Source: an uncultured delta proteobacterium
Lineage (GTDB): Bacteria > Desulfobacterota > Desulfuromonadia > Desulfuromonadales > JACZKF01
DNA: 64,000 nt
Assembly: GCA_963816395.1 (NCBI GenBank)
Contig: CAWFKQ010000006.1
Location: 128,001-192,000 of the forward strand
Direction of reading: 5' to 3'
A model generated the notes under the pieces. That model searched no databases. It was given only the letters and a program-made list of their open reading frames with translations, and had not been told where the DNA came from. Of the stretch, positions 40,519 through 51,197 are shown piece by piece. How positions within the stretch are numbered: the first letter of the stretch is position 1; each line of letters begins with the position of its first letter. The position numbers were made by a program, and so were the translations under genes.

Positions 40519-41294
40519 GTGAATGGCGCCTGGTGGAGTGTGATTTTGGCTGCAACCCTTGCCGGGGTGGCAATTTTTCTCGGGATGTACCTGGTCTTGG
40601 CGCGGGAGGCGTGGAGCCGGACGCAACTTGATTTATTTTATCGCCTTCTCCGGCGGCCTGATGCTCGGCATCGGCCTTCTGCACATCTTCCCGGAAGCCC
40701 AGGAGCTGAACCCTCGCGCCTATGTCTATTTCACCATTGCTTTCGTGGTCTTCTACCTGCTGGAGCACCATCTCCCCTTTCATGCCGAGCATGAGCAGAT
40801 GCTTCACGATACGCCACATTTGCCGTGCAGCCATAACCATTCCTGCGCCAATGCCAACCCGATGGGGATGGTCGCCTTCTTCGGCATGAGCCTGCATTCC
40901 ATGATCGACGGGATGATCATCGGCACCGGCTTCGAGGTGGACACCCGGGTCGGGCTGCTGTCGGCCATCGCCGTGGTTGCCCATAAAATTCCGGCGGGCG
41001 CCGCCATTTTCTCTATCCTGCTCCACTACGGCTGGCCCCGCCGTATCGGCCATCCGCTTTACCGCCGCGGTCGCCTGCGCCACGCCGGTCGGCGCGATTC
41101 TGACCTTCGCCCTGATCCGCACGGTGCAGCCGTCTCTGCTGGGCATACTGATGGCGGTGGCGGCCGGCTCCTTCGTCTATATCGCCGCCTCCGACCTGAT
41201 TCCCGAATCCCATCGCGCCCGCGGCTGGAAGGGAAGCGTCTCGCTGGTCGGAGGGATTCTCACGGCCGCCGCGGCCGGTTGGCTCGCGGGGTGA
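40519..41294 (+). CDS. ZIP-family metal transporter (frameshifts near 40620 and 41045)
   Basis: AFSGGLML..LHIFPEA, His-rich loop, LHSMIDG, AHKIP, AVAAGSFVYIAASDLIPE. Confidence 0.85.
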
Positions 41295-41354
41295 GGCAAA
41301 GTAAAACGTTAACCGAGGGGGCTATCCGGCCTCCGCAAGCCTGAGGGATTGCCA

Positions 41355-41945
41355 ATGACTGAGAATCTAGACCGTTTTTCGCTTGACTCTGATCAGTCGA
41401 TGCTGCTGGTGGTGGATGTGCAGGGGAAGCTGATACCCCCTTTGCCGCCGAAAATTTACCGGCAGACGCTGCAGAGCATCGATTTCCTGATCAAGGCAGC
41501 CAGGCAGCTGCAGGTGCCGGTGGTGGCGACCGAACAGTACCCGCAGGGGCTCGGGCCGACGGTGCCTGAACTGGCGGAGGCCTGCCGGGACAAGGTGATG
41601 GCAAAGGTCAGTTTCGGCTGCTGCGGCGAGCCGGCTTTTCTCGAACATTTGCAACAGCTGGGGCGCAGGCAGGTGATCGTCACCGGCATGGAAGCCCACG
41701 TCTGCGTCTTCCAGACGGTGCTCGGGCTGCTTGCGGCGGGCTACCGGGTGCACCTGGTGCGCGACGCCGTCATCTCCCGCGGAAAGGTCGACTATCTCAA
41801 CTCTCTGGAGCTTGCCAGGCAGGCCGGAGCGGTCGTGACGACTGCCGAGACGGCTGTCTACCAGTGGCTGCGCACAGCGACGGCCCCAGGATTCAAGGCG
41901 ATTTCCGCCCTGGTCAAGGAGCGGTTTAATCAGTCTCGAAGCTGA
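41355..41945 (+). CDS. Isochorismatase-family hydrolase
   Basis: LLVVDVQGKL, TEQYPQGLGPT, K.SFGC, GMEAHVCVFQT, DAVISR. Confidence 0.9.
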   Translation: MTENLDRFSLDSDQSMLLVVDVQGKLIPPLPPKIYRQTLQSIDFLIKAARQLQVPVVATEQYPQGLGPTVPELAEACRDKVMAKVSFGCCGEPAFLEHLQQLGRRQVIVTGMEAHVCVFQTVLGLLAAGYRVHLVRDAVISRGKVDYLNSLELARQAGAVVTTAETAVYQWLRTATAPGFKAISALVKERFNQSRS

Positions 41946-41951
41946 GGCCGC

Positions 41952-42359
41952 ATGGAAATGATAAAGGACAACGGCTGTTTCGTTTGCGGTCCGGCCAACG
42001 AACGCGGCCTGCGGGCGGAGTTCACCATCGATCGGGTGGCGCGGGCGGCCTCGAGCCGTCTGGCGATCCCAGCCTGGTCGCAGGGCTGGCGGGGGGTGGC
42101 GCATGGCGGCATCATCTCCACCCTGCTCGACGAGGCGTGCGTGCACGCCTGCCGCACCGTCGGGCCGCACCCGGTGACGGTGGAGTTGACGGTCCGCTTC
42201 CGCAAGCCGGTACCGGTAGCGGTGGAGATTTCTGTCCGGGGCGAGGTGGTGGGAATCCGCCGGCGAATTCTGCAGGCGCGGGCGCGGCTGGAAATCGGCG
42301 GTGAAAGTTACGCCGAGGCGGAGGCGCGGGTGATGCTGATAGCGGGCCGGGAACTGTAG
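41952..42359 (+). CDS. PaaI-family thioesterase
   Basis: CFVCGPAN.RGL, QGWRGVAHGGIISTLLDE, TVELTVRFRKPVP. Confidence 0.9.
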   Translation: MEMIKDNGCFVCGPANERGLRAEFTIDRVARAASSRLAIPAWSQGWRGVAHGGIISTLLDEACVHACRTVGPHPVTVELTVRFRKPVPVAVEISVRGEVVGIRRRILQARARLEIGGESYAEAEARVMLIAGREL

Positions 42360-42400
42360 GCAGTCGAGGCCGGCGCCAGCAAACAGCCGCTTTCTCCGGA

Positions 42401-43210
42401 TTAACCCGCGGCCTTCTCTTCCCCCTGCCAGGCGGCCAGCTTTTCCTGGATGAAGGAGACCACCGCCGCCTGTGCCTCCTGACCGTTTCCGGTCACCGGC
42501 AGCGGCTCGCCAAAGGCGAAGTGGACCTTTTTCCCCGGGTTAATGGGGCCGAACTCCTTGATGAAGCGGCCATTCCCCCAGGCATCGGTTTTCAGGGCAA
42601 GAGGGACGACCGGTACTCCGGCCCGTTTTGCCAGCTTGACACCGATGGTATTGAACTCGGCCGGATCGAAATCCGGGGTGCGGGTGGTCTGGGGGAAAAC
42701 GATAATGGAGATGCCGCTCTCCAGGCGCTGCGTCCCCTCCTCCATGACCACCTTGAAATCCTCCCGCGGGTTGCTGCGCCCCACCACCACCGGATCGCGC
42801 GAGACCATGACATGGCGGAAGACGGGGTATTCCACCAGGCTTTTCTTGACCACGAAGGTGACCGGCTTGCGGGCGACGATCAGGGTGGGGAGAACAAAGG
42901 TTTCCAGCGTGCTCATGTGGTTGCCGAGGAAGACGCAGGGACCGTCAAGGGAGGTGAAGTTTTCCATCCCCTCGATCTGCAGACGCACCCCGACCGATTC
43001 CAGGGCGGAGAGGATGCTGGCGCTGCTGGCGCCCCACTCCTGGTCGCCATAGCGCCCCTGCCGGGCGCGGCGGCTGGCCCGCCAGACGATGCCGCTCATC
43101 TCGATATAGAAGAAAAGGGAAGGGCAGGCCCGGCGCCAGGCTGGCACCGGACAGCCCTCGGTCTGATACTCCCCGCCCTGAACAGGAGCCGTCTGGTTGC
43201 AAGGTGTCAT
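42401..43210 (-). CDS. Lysophospholipid (1-acyl-G3P) acyltransferase family
   Basis: GNHMSTLE, IIVFPQTTR, VPVVPLAL; AGGAGG RBS. Confidence 0.88.
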   Translation of the reverse strand: MTPCNQTAPVQGGEYQTEGCPVPAWRRACPSLFFYIEMSGIVWRASRRARQGRYGDQEWGASSASILSALESVGVRLQIEGMENFTSLDGPCVFLGNHMSTLETFVLPTLIVARKPVTFVVKKSLVEYPVFRHVMVSRDPVVVGRSNPREDFKVVMEEGTQRLESGISIIVFPQTTRTPDFDPAEFNTIGVKLAKRAGVPVVPLALKTDAWGNGRFIKEFGPINPGKKVHFAFGEPLPVTGNGQEAQAAVVSFIQEKLAAWQGEEKAAG

Positions 43211-43307
43211 TCCTCCTGCAAAAATTTCGCGCCCTAATTTAGAGTCATTCTGCGAAGAGGGCAAATAAAAAAATGGGAGCTGTCGGGAGCCCGGGCGGAG
43301 CGAGGGA

Positions 43308-43838
43308 TCAGAAGATGGCAGCGATGCGCTCATAGGATTGGCGCAGACGGCGGGAGACGGTAGTCAGCATCCCCTGGAGCAGCTTTATGCCCAGGAGTGG
43401 GCGTTCCCGCAGCAGGCGCTGGTAGCTCTGCAGGGTGAGCAGGATCAGGTCGACATGGTCGAGGACCATGGCGGTTTCCGTCCTTGGACGGCCTTCCAGC
43501 GTGGAGAGTTCTCCGATCATGGCGCCGCGGCTGAAGATGCCGACGACGATCGGCTTGCCGCCGAATTCCGTCTTTTTGCTGATCTCCACCCGGCCGGAGA
43601 CGATGAAGGCGATGTAGTCGCCGCGCTCCCCCTCCTGCCAGAGGGAAGTTCCGGCGGGGAATTGCCGGCACTCGAAATAGCCGGCCACCTCGTCCAGGTC
43701 TTCGTCAGCCAGAAAACTGAGGAAGCGCAGCTCCCGCTTCATTCGGCCGCACAGCCGTTCCCGGCAATTCCCTTTGTTGCAGGGATCCGGGCCGGTCAGG
43801 ATTGTTTCATCTTCCAGATGTCTGGCGGTGGTCTTCAT
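43308..43838 (-). CDS. Cyclic nucleotide-binding domain protein
   Basis: LWQEGERGDYIAFIVSGRVEI..GAMIGELSTLEGRPRTETA. Confidence 0.85.
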   Translation of the reverse strand: MKTTARHLEDETILTGPDPCNKGNCRERLCGRMKRELRFLSFLADEDLDEVAGYFECRQFPAGTSLWQEGERGDYIAFIVSGRVEISKKTEFGGKPIVVGIFSRGAMIGELSTLEGRPRTETAMVLDHVDLILLTLQSYQRLLRERPLLGIKLLQGMLTTVSRRLRQSYERIAAIF

Positions 43839-43999
43839 GCATGGTTCTCCTTCTTCTTTCATATGATCCTGCACTCCATACTAAACATAATTGCGGCGAA
43901 AATCTATCTCCTTCCCTCCCGGGACGTCTGGGGGGTTGACAATTGTTGGTCAAGCCATTAAATTATCGGCAGAATTGATTCTCATTGGAGGTCTTCCCG

Positions 44000-44263
44000 A
44001 TGCCCGTATACGAATATCAGTGCGAAAAGTGTGGAATTGTCTTTGAGGCGATGCAGAAATTTTCCGATGCGCCGCTCACCGAATGCCGTTCCTGTGGTGG
44101 GCCGGTGAAAAAACTCATCTCGCAAACCGCCTTTTCCCTGAAGGGGGATGGCTGGTACCAGCAGGGGTACGGTGCCGGCGCCGACAAGAAACCTGCCGCC
44201 TGCCCTTCCGCGGGTGGCGGCGGTGGTTGTGCCGGCTGCCCGAAGGCGGCGGCAAACGAATGA
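44000..44263 (+). CDS. FmdB-family zinc-ribbon protein
   Basis: MPVYEYQCEKCG..FE..QKFSD.PL..CRSCGG.VKKLIS..F.LKG.GWY. Confidence 0.93.
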   Translation: MPVYEYQCEKCGIVFEAMQKFSDAPLTECRSCGGPVKKLISQTAFSLKGDGWYQQGYGAGADKKPAACPSAGGGGGCAGCPKAAANE

Positions 44264-44267
44264 CGGA

Positions 44268-44300
44268 AATCCCCGGAGCGAATCGATCCGGGGATTTTTT
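44268..44300 (+). terminator. Intrinsic terminator
   Basis: aatccccgga..tccggggatt followed by T tract. Confidence 0.7.
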
Positions 44301-44357
44301 GCTTTCTCCTCCAAGCGGCGGTCGATCCGGTAATTGCCTGCGGATACAAAGGCCTGA

Positions 44358-45494
44358 ATGATTTTCCGACGGAATAAAAAACTGCTGTTATGGGCCGGTG
44401 GCATGCTCCTGGCCGGAGTTGCACTCAGCACCCTCTCCTGCACCAATATCGGCTATTACGCCCGCTGCACCGAGGGGCAGATAAATATCCTTGCCCAGCG
44501 TCGACCCATTACCGGCCTGATTCGGGAGCCGGACCTTTCCCGCGAGTTGAAGGACCGTCTGGAGAATGTGCTGCGCATCCGCGATTTCGCCAGCCGCGAG
44601 TTGCTGCTGCCCGAGAATGGCAGCTACCGCAGCTATGTGGACGTGAAGCGCCCCTACGTAGTCTGGAACGTGGTCGCTACCCCGGAGTTCGACCTGAAGC
44701 CCCTGCAATGGTGCTTTCCGGTCGCCGGCTGCGTCAATTACCGCGGGTTCTTTTCCCCGGAGGAAGCCGGAGACTTTGCCGCCGACCTGCGCCGCCAGGG
44801 TAACGACGTCTACCTCTACGGGGTTACCGCCTATTCCACTCTCGGCTGGTTCGATGACCCGGTTTTGAATACGTTCTTCACCCGCTCGGAGGAGGACCTG
44901 GCCGGCCTGATCTTCCATGAACTGGCGCACCAGAAAGTTTATGTAAAAAACGATTCGGCGTTTAACGAGTCTTTCGCCAAGACGGTGGAAATGGAGGGGG
45001 TGACCCGCTGGCTGAAGGCAAATGGTCAGCCGGAGCGCATCCGCTCCTATCTGGAAGGGAAGCAACGAAACAACCAGTTCATCGACCTGGTAATGGATTA
45101 CCGGAATCGCCTGCGGGAACTCTACGCCCGGCCCTTGGACGCGGATCATAAGCGGCGGGAGAAGGCGGCGATGTTCCAGGAGTTGCGTACCTCCTACGCT
45201 GCCCTGAAGGCATCCTGGGGCGGTTATCAGGGGTATGATCGCTGGTTCGCCGAGCTGAACAACGCAAAAATCGCCTCGATCAATACCTACCATACCTATG
45301 TTCCGGCCTTCCGGGCGCTGCTGCGGCAAAGCGGCGGCAATCTGGCCATCTTCTACCAGGAGGTGGAAAAGCTTGGCCGCCTTCCCCGGGAGCGTCGCCT
45401 GGCCCGCCTGAATGAACTCGGTCGCGGGCCCTTGGCTTCTCTGCCGCCCGCGGGCGACCGGCTGATACTCGGGCAGGCCTCGGCGCGGCAATAA
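44358..45494 (+). CDS. Putative Zn aminopeptidase lipoprotein
   Basis: Lipobox-like LSC, YYA..GQ, VVWNV.A.PEF, WCFPVAGCV.YRGFF, AYSTLGWFDDP, FHELAH, FNESFA, LNNA. Confidence 0.88.
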   Translation: MIFRRNKKLLLWAGGMLLAGVALSTLSCTNIGYYARCTEGQINILAQRRPITGLIREPDLSRELKDRLENVLRIRDFASRELLLPENGSYRSYVDVKRPYVVWNVVATPEFDLKPLQWCFPVAGCVNYRGFFSPEEAGDFAADLRRQGNDVYLYGVTAYSTLGWFDDPVLNTFFTRSEEDLAGLIFHELAHQKVYVKNDSAFNESFAKTVEMEGVTRWLKANGQPERIRSYLEGKQRNNQFIDLVMDYRNRLRELYARPLDADHKRREKAAMFQELRTSYAALKASWGGYQGYDRWFAELNNAKIASINTYHTYVPAFRALLRQSGGNLAIFYQEVEKLGRLPRERRLARLNELGRGPLASLPPAGDRLILGQASARQ

Positions 45495-45616
45495 ATCTCG
45501 CCACTTACCCGCCGGTTTCACCAAATTCAACCTGATTTCCCTGTATACTGCTTCTTCTCCTTTACAAGACTCTGCCCCTTTCGTATAGTTCATTTCATTT
45601 AGCGGAGGTCGGAAAA

Positions 45617-46474
45617 GTGAGTAGGATTATCGATGGCAAGGCAATAGCCGCCGATTTGCGGCGGACGATTGCAGCGGACGTGGCGCAATTGAAGGCCGCC
45701 GGCACCGTGCCCGGATTGGCAGTGGTGCTGGTCGGAGAGGATCCGGCGAGCCGGGTCTACGTGTCGATGAAGGAAAAAGCCTGCGCTGAAGCGGGCATCT
45801 ATTCGGACGAGCATAAGCTGCCGGCGGAAACGAGCGAGGCACAGCTGTTGGCACTGGTCGATGAATTGAATCGCAATCCGCGCATCGACGGCATCCTGGT
45901 GCAGCTTCCCTTGCCGAAGCATATCGACGAGAGCAAAGTGCTGGAGGCGATTTCGCCGATGAAGGATGTGGACGGCTTTCACCCCTACAATGTCGGGCGC
46001 CTGGCCGCCGGTATCCCCCTGTTTCAGTCCTGTACCCCCTTCGGGGTGATGAAGATGCTCGATGCCGCCGGCGTCGACCTGGCCGGCAAAGAGGTCGTCG
46101 TGGTCGGCCGCTCCAACATTGTCGGTAAGCCGGTGGCCCTGATGTGTCTGGCCCGGCATGCCACCGTCACCGTCTGCCATTCCCGCACCCGCAACCTGGC
46201 CGATCAGGTGCGGCGCGCCGATGTCCTGATCGCCGCCGTCGGCCGGCCGGAAATGATCAAAGGGGACTGGATCAAGGAAGGGGCGGTGGTCATCGATGTC
46301 GGGGTGAACCGGGTCGGCGAAAAGAAGCTGGTGGGGGATGTGGAATTCGAAGCGGCACGGGCGCGGGCCAGCGCCATCACCCCCGTTCCCGGCGGGGTCG
46401 GACCGATGACCATCACCATGCTGCTGTACAATACGGTGGAAAGCGCCAAGCGAAGGGCAAAGCAAGGGAGATAG
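45617..46474 (+). CDS. folD: Methylene-THF dehydrogenase/cyclohydrolase
   Basis: [56 protein letters not shown]. Confidence 0.97.
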   Translation: MSRIIDGKAIAADLRRTIAADVAQLKAAGTVPGLAVVLVGEDPASRVYVSMKEKACAEAGIYSDEHKLPAETSEAQLLALVDELNRNPRIDGILVQLPLPKHIDESKVLEAISPMKDVDGFHPYNVGRLAAGIPLFQSCTPFGVMKMLDAAGVDLAGKEVVVVGRSNIVGKPVALMCLARHATVTVCHSRTRNLADQVRRADVLIAAVGRPEMIKGDWIKEGAVVIDVGVNRVGEKKLVGDVEFEAARARASAITPVPGGVGPMTITMLLYNTVESAKRRAKQGR

Positions 46475-46526
46475 GGAGTAGGAAGATAGAAAATGCCTTT
46501 TCTATCTCACTACCTCCCTACTCACT
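46465..46526. repeat. Octamer-based inverted repeat, same family as 36827-36895
   Basis: agggagat-agggagt-aggaagat-agaaaa / ttttctatctcactacctccctactcact. Confidence 0.7.
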
Positions 46527-46533
46527 GATTCTT

Positions 46534-47178
46534 ATGATCATCAGCGAACAGAAACCGAAAGAGGAGCTGCTGCAGGCGCTGGAAGGCAGCAACCGGGTGT
46601 TCCTGGTCGGCTGTGCCGCCTGTGCCACTGTCTGCAAAGCGGGAGGGGAGGAAGAAGTCTTCCGCTTGCAGGAGTGGCTGGGAACGGTCGGCAGGGAGGT
46701 GACCGGCAGCATGATCATCGACGAGGCCTGCCACATCATGCGCGCCGGGCGCGACCTGCGGGCGCACCGACTGCAGGTGGAGGAGGCGGATGCCGTGCTG
46801 GTGCTGGCCTGCGGCGCCGGCATCCAGTCCGTCTCGGCCGGTACCGAAAAGCGGGTGATCGGCGGTCTCAATTCGCTTTTTCTCGGGAATATTCGACGCT
46901 TCGGCCAGTTCGAGGAGAGGTGTTCCCTGTGCGGCGAGTGCATTCTCAACGAAACCGCCGGCATCTGTCCGGTCACTACCTGCGCCAAGGGACTGCTCAA
47001 CGGACCCTGCGGCGGCATGGAGGATGGCCGCTGTGAAGCCGACCGGGAGCTCGACTGTGCCTGGCACCTCATTTTCGAACGGCTGAAGCGACAGCGCTGC
47101 CCCGGCGTCTTTGCCCGCATCGTCCCGGCCAAGAACTGGGGGAAGGTGCGCAAGCCGGGCCGGCATAATATACGGTGA
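46534..47178 (+). CDS. MetV-like Fe-S/Zn subunit (MTHFR C-terminal domain protein)
   Basis: VGCAACATVCKAGG, LACGAG.Q, ERCSLCGECIL.ETAGICP.T.CAKGLLNGPCGG..GRCE..DCAW. Confidence 0.88.
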   Translation: MIISEQKPKEELLQALEGSNRVFLVGCAACATVCKAGGEEEVFRLQEWLGTVGREVTGSMIIDEACHIMRAGRDLRAHRLQVEEADAVLVLACGAGIQSVSAGTEKRVIGGLNSLFLGNIRRFGQFEERCSLCGECILNETAGICPVTTCAKGLLNGPCGGMEDGRCEADRELDCAWHLIFERLKRQRCPGVFARIVPAKNWGKVRKPGRHNIR

Positions 47179-47288
47179 AACGTTAAATCGTCTTGGTCAT
47201 TGGGACCTGTTGAATTCATCTGTGCCGGACCAGAGGGGCCCCGGGACGAATGACCATTGACTCGTGGCCAATGACAGCCAAGGTTTTC

Positions 47289-48149
47289 ATGTCCCGATTG
47301 CAGCAGCAACTCGCCGCCGGCGAATTCGTGGTAACTGCCGAGGTGGCGCCGCCCAAGGGGGCCGATCCCGGAGAAGCTCTGGCGCGGGCAGCGGCCATGC
47401 CGTCGGCAGTAGCGGCGGTGAACGTCACCGACAACCAGGGGGCGAACATGCGGATGACCCCCCTGGCGCTGGCGGCGCTGCTGGTTCGGCGGGGAATAGA
47501 GCCAATCCTGCAGCTGACCTGCCGCGACCGCAACCGCATGGCCCTGCAATCGGACCTGCTCGGGGCGGCGGCGCTGGGGGTGGAGAACCTTCTGCTGCTC
47601 TCCGGCGATCATGCCCGTTTCGGCGATCATCCCGCGGCAAAGTCGGTTTTCGATCTCGATTCGGTGCAGCTGCTGCAGGCGGTGGCAGGTCTGCAGGAGG
47701 GGCACGATCTGGCCGGCCGGCCGCTGACCTCTCTTCCTGTTTTCTTCGGCGGGGCGGCAGCCAGTCCGGAGGCCGAGCCATTCGAGTTGATGTTTCAAAA
47801 AATCAGCAAAAAGGTGCAGGCCGGGGCACGTTTCTTCCAGACCCAGGCGGTTTTCGATCCGGAAAAGCTGGCGCGCTTCATGACCGCTGCCCGGTCGCTG
47901 GGGGTGCCGGTGCTGGTGGGTGTGCTGCTGCTGAAAAACGCCCGGATGGCCCGTTACCTCAATGAGCACATCCCCGGCGTGCGGGTGCCGGAGGCCCTGA
48001 TCGAGCGCCTCGATAAAACAGCGGAGCCGCTGAAGGAGGGCGTGGCCATCGCCCGGGAGATGACTGCCCACGCCCGCCGCCTCTGCCAGGGGGTGCACCT
48101 GATGACCCTGGGGCATGAAGAGAGAATTCCCGATATACTGCAAAATTAG
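47289..48149 (+). CDS. metF: Methylenetetrahydrofolate reductase
   Basis: FVVTAEVAPPKG, VNVTDN, EPILQLTCRDRNR.ALQSDLLGA, SGD, VFDLDS, GARFFQTQ, GVHLM. Confidence 0.93.
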   Translation: MSRLQQQLAAGEFVVTAEVAPPKGADPGEALARAAAMPSAVAAVNVTDNQGANMRMTPLALAALLVRRGIEPILQLTCRDRNRMALQSDLLGAAALGVENLLLLSGDHARFGDHPAAKSVFDLDSVQLLQAVAGLQEGHDLAGRPLTSLPVFFGGAAASPEAEPFELMFQKISKKVQAGARFFQTQAVFDPEKLARFMTAARSLGVPVLVGVLLLKNARMARYLNEHIPGVRVPEALIERLDKTAEPLKEGVAIAREMTAHARRLCQGVHLMTLGHEERIPDILQN

Positions 48150-48233
48150 TGGGCGACCGGCAAAATCTTGATAAAATCGAAAGCGGTCCGTTGCCGGCCA
48201 GGTCAAAACCATTTTGCCATTTGCTGAGGGATT

Positions 48234-49328
48234 ATGCTGAAGAAGACCCCGCTGAACCGCCTGCACAAGGAACTCGGTGCCCGCCTGGTCGATTTCGGCG
48301 GCTGGGAAATGCCTGTCCAGTACCGTGGGGTGATCGAGGAGCACCTCGCCACCCGCAATGCTGCCGGGCTGTTCGATGTCTCGCACATGGGCGAGATCGA
48401 GGTCAGGGGGAAGGGGGCGCTGGCCTTCATCCAGGAGCTGACGGTGAACGACGCCTCGCGGCTGGTCAACGGCCAGGTGCAGTACAGCGCCATGTGCTAT
48501 CCGCACGGCGGCACGGTGGACGACGTCACTCTCTATCGCTTCGATGCCGAGCACTATCTCTTCTGCGTCAATGCCGCCAATACCGACAAGGATTTCGCCT
48601 GGATGGAAGAGGTCCTGGAAGAGGGCCAGTTTCCCGAGGTGATCCTGCGCAACGTCAGTGAAGAGTTCGCTCAGATCGCCATTCAGGGGCCGGCCGCCCA
48701 GGCCATTCTTGCCCGGCTGACCGAGACCGCTCTGGACAGGATCGCCTACTACCATTTTCACGAGGGGCTGGTGGCGGAGATCCCGACCATCATCTCTCGC
48801 ACCGGCTATACCGGCGAGGATGGCTTTGAACTCTACTTCGCTCCATCCGGTGCCGAGACGGTGTGGGCAGCCCTGCTGGAGGCGGGGGCTTCCGACGGAC
48901 TGACTCCGGTCGGTTTGGGTGCCCGCGACACGCTGCGGTTGGAGATGAAGTACGCCCTGTACGGCCATGAGCTCTCCCCCGAGATCTCCCCCCTTGAGGC
49001 CGGACTGGGCTGGATCACTAAACTGGAGAAGCCTTCCTTCATCGGCCGCGAGGCCCTGCTGCGGCAGAAGGAAGAAGGGCTTCCCCGCAAGCTGGTCGGC
49101 CTGGCCATGGTCGAGCCCGGGGTACCGCGCGCCGGCTATCCGGTGTTCGCCGAGGCCGAAGTGGTGGGGGAGGTGACCAGCGGCACCATGAGCCCCTCGC
49201 TGCGCATCGGCATCGGACTCGCCCTGGTCCGGCCGGACCTGACCGCCTTCGGCACCTCGCTGCGGGTCGGCATCCGCAGCCGGATGGTCGGGGCGCGGGT
49301 GGTCAAGACACCCTTTCTGAAAAAATAA
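48234..49328 (+). CDS. gcvT: Glycine cleavage T protein
   Basis: [45 protein letters not shown]. Confidence 0.97.
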   Translation: MLKKTPLNRLHKELGARLVDFGGWEMPVQYRGVIEEHLATRNAAGLFDVSHMGEIEVRGKGALAFIQELTVNDASRLVNGQVQYSAMCYPHGGTVDDVTLYRFDAEHYLFCVNAANTDKDFAWMEEVLEEGQFPEVILRNVSEEFAQIAIQGPAAQAILARLTETALDRIAYYHFHEGLVAEIPTIISRTGYTGEDGFELYFAPSGAETVWAALLEAGASDGLTPVGLGARDTLRLEMKYALYGHELSPEISPLEAGLGWITKLEKPSFIGREALLRQKEEGLPRKLVGLAMVEPGVPRAGYPVFAEAEVVGEVTSGTMSPSLRIGIGLALVRPDLTAFGTSLRVGIRSRMVGARVVKTPFLKK

Positions 49329-49375
49329 CTGGGGATTGGTTACCTGTTGCATCCGCCAAGGATAAGGAGGAGATA

Positions 49376-49766
49376 ATGGAATTTCCCGAGGAACTGAAGT
49401 ACACCGAGGAACACGAGTGGGCATTGGTGGAAGGGGATATCGTCACTGTCGGCATATCCGATTTCGCCCAGGATGCCCTGGGAGATGTGGTATTTGTCGA
49501 ACTGCCCCAGGTGGGGGCCACGGTCGAGGCGGGGAAACCCTTCGGTGTGGTCGAATCGGTCAAGGCCGTTTCCGACGTCTACGCCCCGGTTTCCGGAGAA
49601 GTGGTGGAAATCAATGAGGAACTTCCGGACGCCCCGGAAACTGTCAATACCTCTCCCTACGAAGACGGCTGGATGATCAAAATCAAAGTGGCCGACCCGG
49701 CGGTGCTTGGATAGCTTGATGGATTCCGAGGAATACCAGGATTTCATCGAAGAAGAGGAAGGCTGA
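49376..49766 (+). CDS. gcvH: Glycine cleavage H protein (frameshift near 49708)
   Basis: [43 protein letters not shown]; shifted tail [19 protein letters not shown]. Confidence 0.95.
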
Positions 49767-49847
49767 CTCGTCAGGCAGAAGGCGAAGGAAATCGGTTTCA
49801 ACCGTTTCTGACGCTAAATGCCATTTGCTTTTTGCCAGGGAGTTTCT

Positions 49848-51197
49848 ATGCGCTACATCCCTCATACCGCGGAGGATGTTCGAGAGATGCTGTCGGCGAT
49901 CGGGGTGGATTCGCTGGACCGGCTGTTCGACGAGATCCCCGCCGCTTTGCGCCTGCAGCGTCCGCTCGACCTTCCTGCGCCTTTGGCTGAATCGGAACTG
50001 CTGCGGGAATTCTCCAGCCTGGCCGCCGCCAATGCCACGGCCGCCGATCACGCCATCTTTCTCGGTGGCGGTGCCTACAATCACTTCATCCCGGCAGTGG
50101 TCGATCACCTCGTGTCCCGCAGCGAGTTCTACACCGCCTATACCCCTTATCAGCCGGAGATCAGCCAGGGAACTCTGCAGGCGGTCTTCGAGTACCAGAC
50201 CCTGATCTGCCAGTTGACCGGCATGGAGGTGGCGAACGCCTCGATGTACGATGGCGCATCGGCCTGCGCCGAGGCGGTGCTGATGGCGGTCCGCGCCACC
50301 CGCCGGCATCGGATCCTGCTCTCCCGCGCCGTTCATCCCGAGTACCGGCAGACGGTGGCCACCTACTGCCGATACCTCGAGGTGGAACTGGTTGAAATTC
50401 CCTGCGACGAGACCGGCCGCACGGACCGGGAAGCGCTGGCCCACGAGCTGGACGCCGGCACGGCGGCGGTCATTGCCGGCTACCCCAATTTCTTCGGGGT
50501 GATCGAGGATCTGGGCAGCCTGGCGGCGGCGGCGCACGGCGCCGGCGCGCGGCTGGTGGCGGTGGTCCAGGAGCCGATCGCTCTCGGCCTGCTGAAATCG
50601 CCGGGGGAGTTGGGGGCGGATATCGTGGTCGGCGAGGGGCAGAGTTTCGGTATTCCCCTCGCCTACGGCGGGCCCTATCTCGGCTTCTTCGCCGCCCGCC
50701 AGAAGGACGTGCGCGCCATGCCCGGCCGGCTGGTCGGCGAAACCGTGGATCTGGAGGGCCGGCGCGGGTTTGTCCTCACGCTGGCGACCCGCGAACAGCA
50801 TATCCGGCGCGAGAAGGCAACGTCCAATATCTGCTCCAATGAGGGGCTTTGCGCCCTGATGGCGACCATTTACCTGTCGCTGCTGGGGAAGCAGGGAATC
50901 CGCGAGGTGGCGAAGCTGAACCTGGCGAAGACTGCCTATGCCCGGGAGAAGATTGCCGCCCTCAAAGGTTTTTCACTGCCCTTTGCCGGCAATGTCTTCA
51001 ATGAGTTTGTGGTCGAGGCGCCGGAGGAGGCGGGGGCGCTGCTCGGTCGCCTGGAGAAGCAGGGGATCCTTGGCGGCATCCCCCTGGGTTCATGGTTCGA
51101 GGAGATGCCGAACCGCTTTCTGGTCTGCGTCACCGAACAGAATACCCGGGAACAGATCGATGCCCTGGTCGCTGCCCTGGGCGGGAGGAAATCATGA
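49848..51197 (+). CDS. gcvPA: Glycine dehydrogenase subunit 1
   Basis: MRYIPHT, FLGGGAY.H, EFYTAYTPYQPEISQG, NASMYDG, TREQHIRREKATSNICSN. Confidence 0.97.
   Translation: MRYIPHTAEDVREMLSAIGVDSLDRLFDEIPAALRLQRPLDLPAPLAESELLREFSSLAAANATAADHAIFLGGGAYNHFIPAVVDHLVSRSEFYTAYTPYQPEISQGTLQAVFEYQTLICQLTGMEVANASMYDGASACAEAVLMAVRATRRHRILLSRAVHPEYRQTVATYCRYLEVELVEIPCDETGRTDREALAHELDAGTAAVIAGYPNFFGVIEDLGSLAAAAHGAGARLVAVVQEPIALGLLKSPGELGADIVVGEGQSFGIPLAYGGPYLGFFAARQKDVRAMPGRLVGETVDLEGRRGFVLTLATREQHIRREKATSNICSNEGLCALMATIYLSLLGKQGIREVAKLNLAKTAYAREKIAALKGFSLPFAGNVFNEFVVEAPEEAGALLGRLEKQGILGGIPLGSWFEEMPNRFLVCVTEQNTREQIDALVAALGGRKS

Noticed and set aside
48150..48233. Glycine riboswitch upstream of gcvT
   Set aside because: The gap is only 84 nt and lacks the GGAGA...CCGAAG...CTCTCAGG consensus
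46518..49424. Very long antisense ORFs (968 aa here; also 27580-29787, 24128-26242, 29693-31747)
   Set aside because: Shadow ORFs opposite well-supported genes, expected from stop-codon scarcity in GC-rich DNA
49700..49714. Programmed frameshifting in gcvH, thiS and others
   Set aside because: No shared slippery motif or stimulatory structure; shifts are scattered across unrelated genes, consistent with sequencing error
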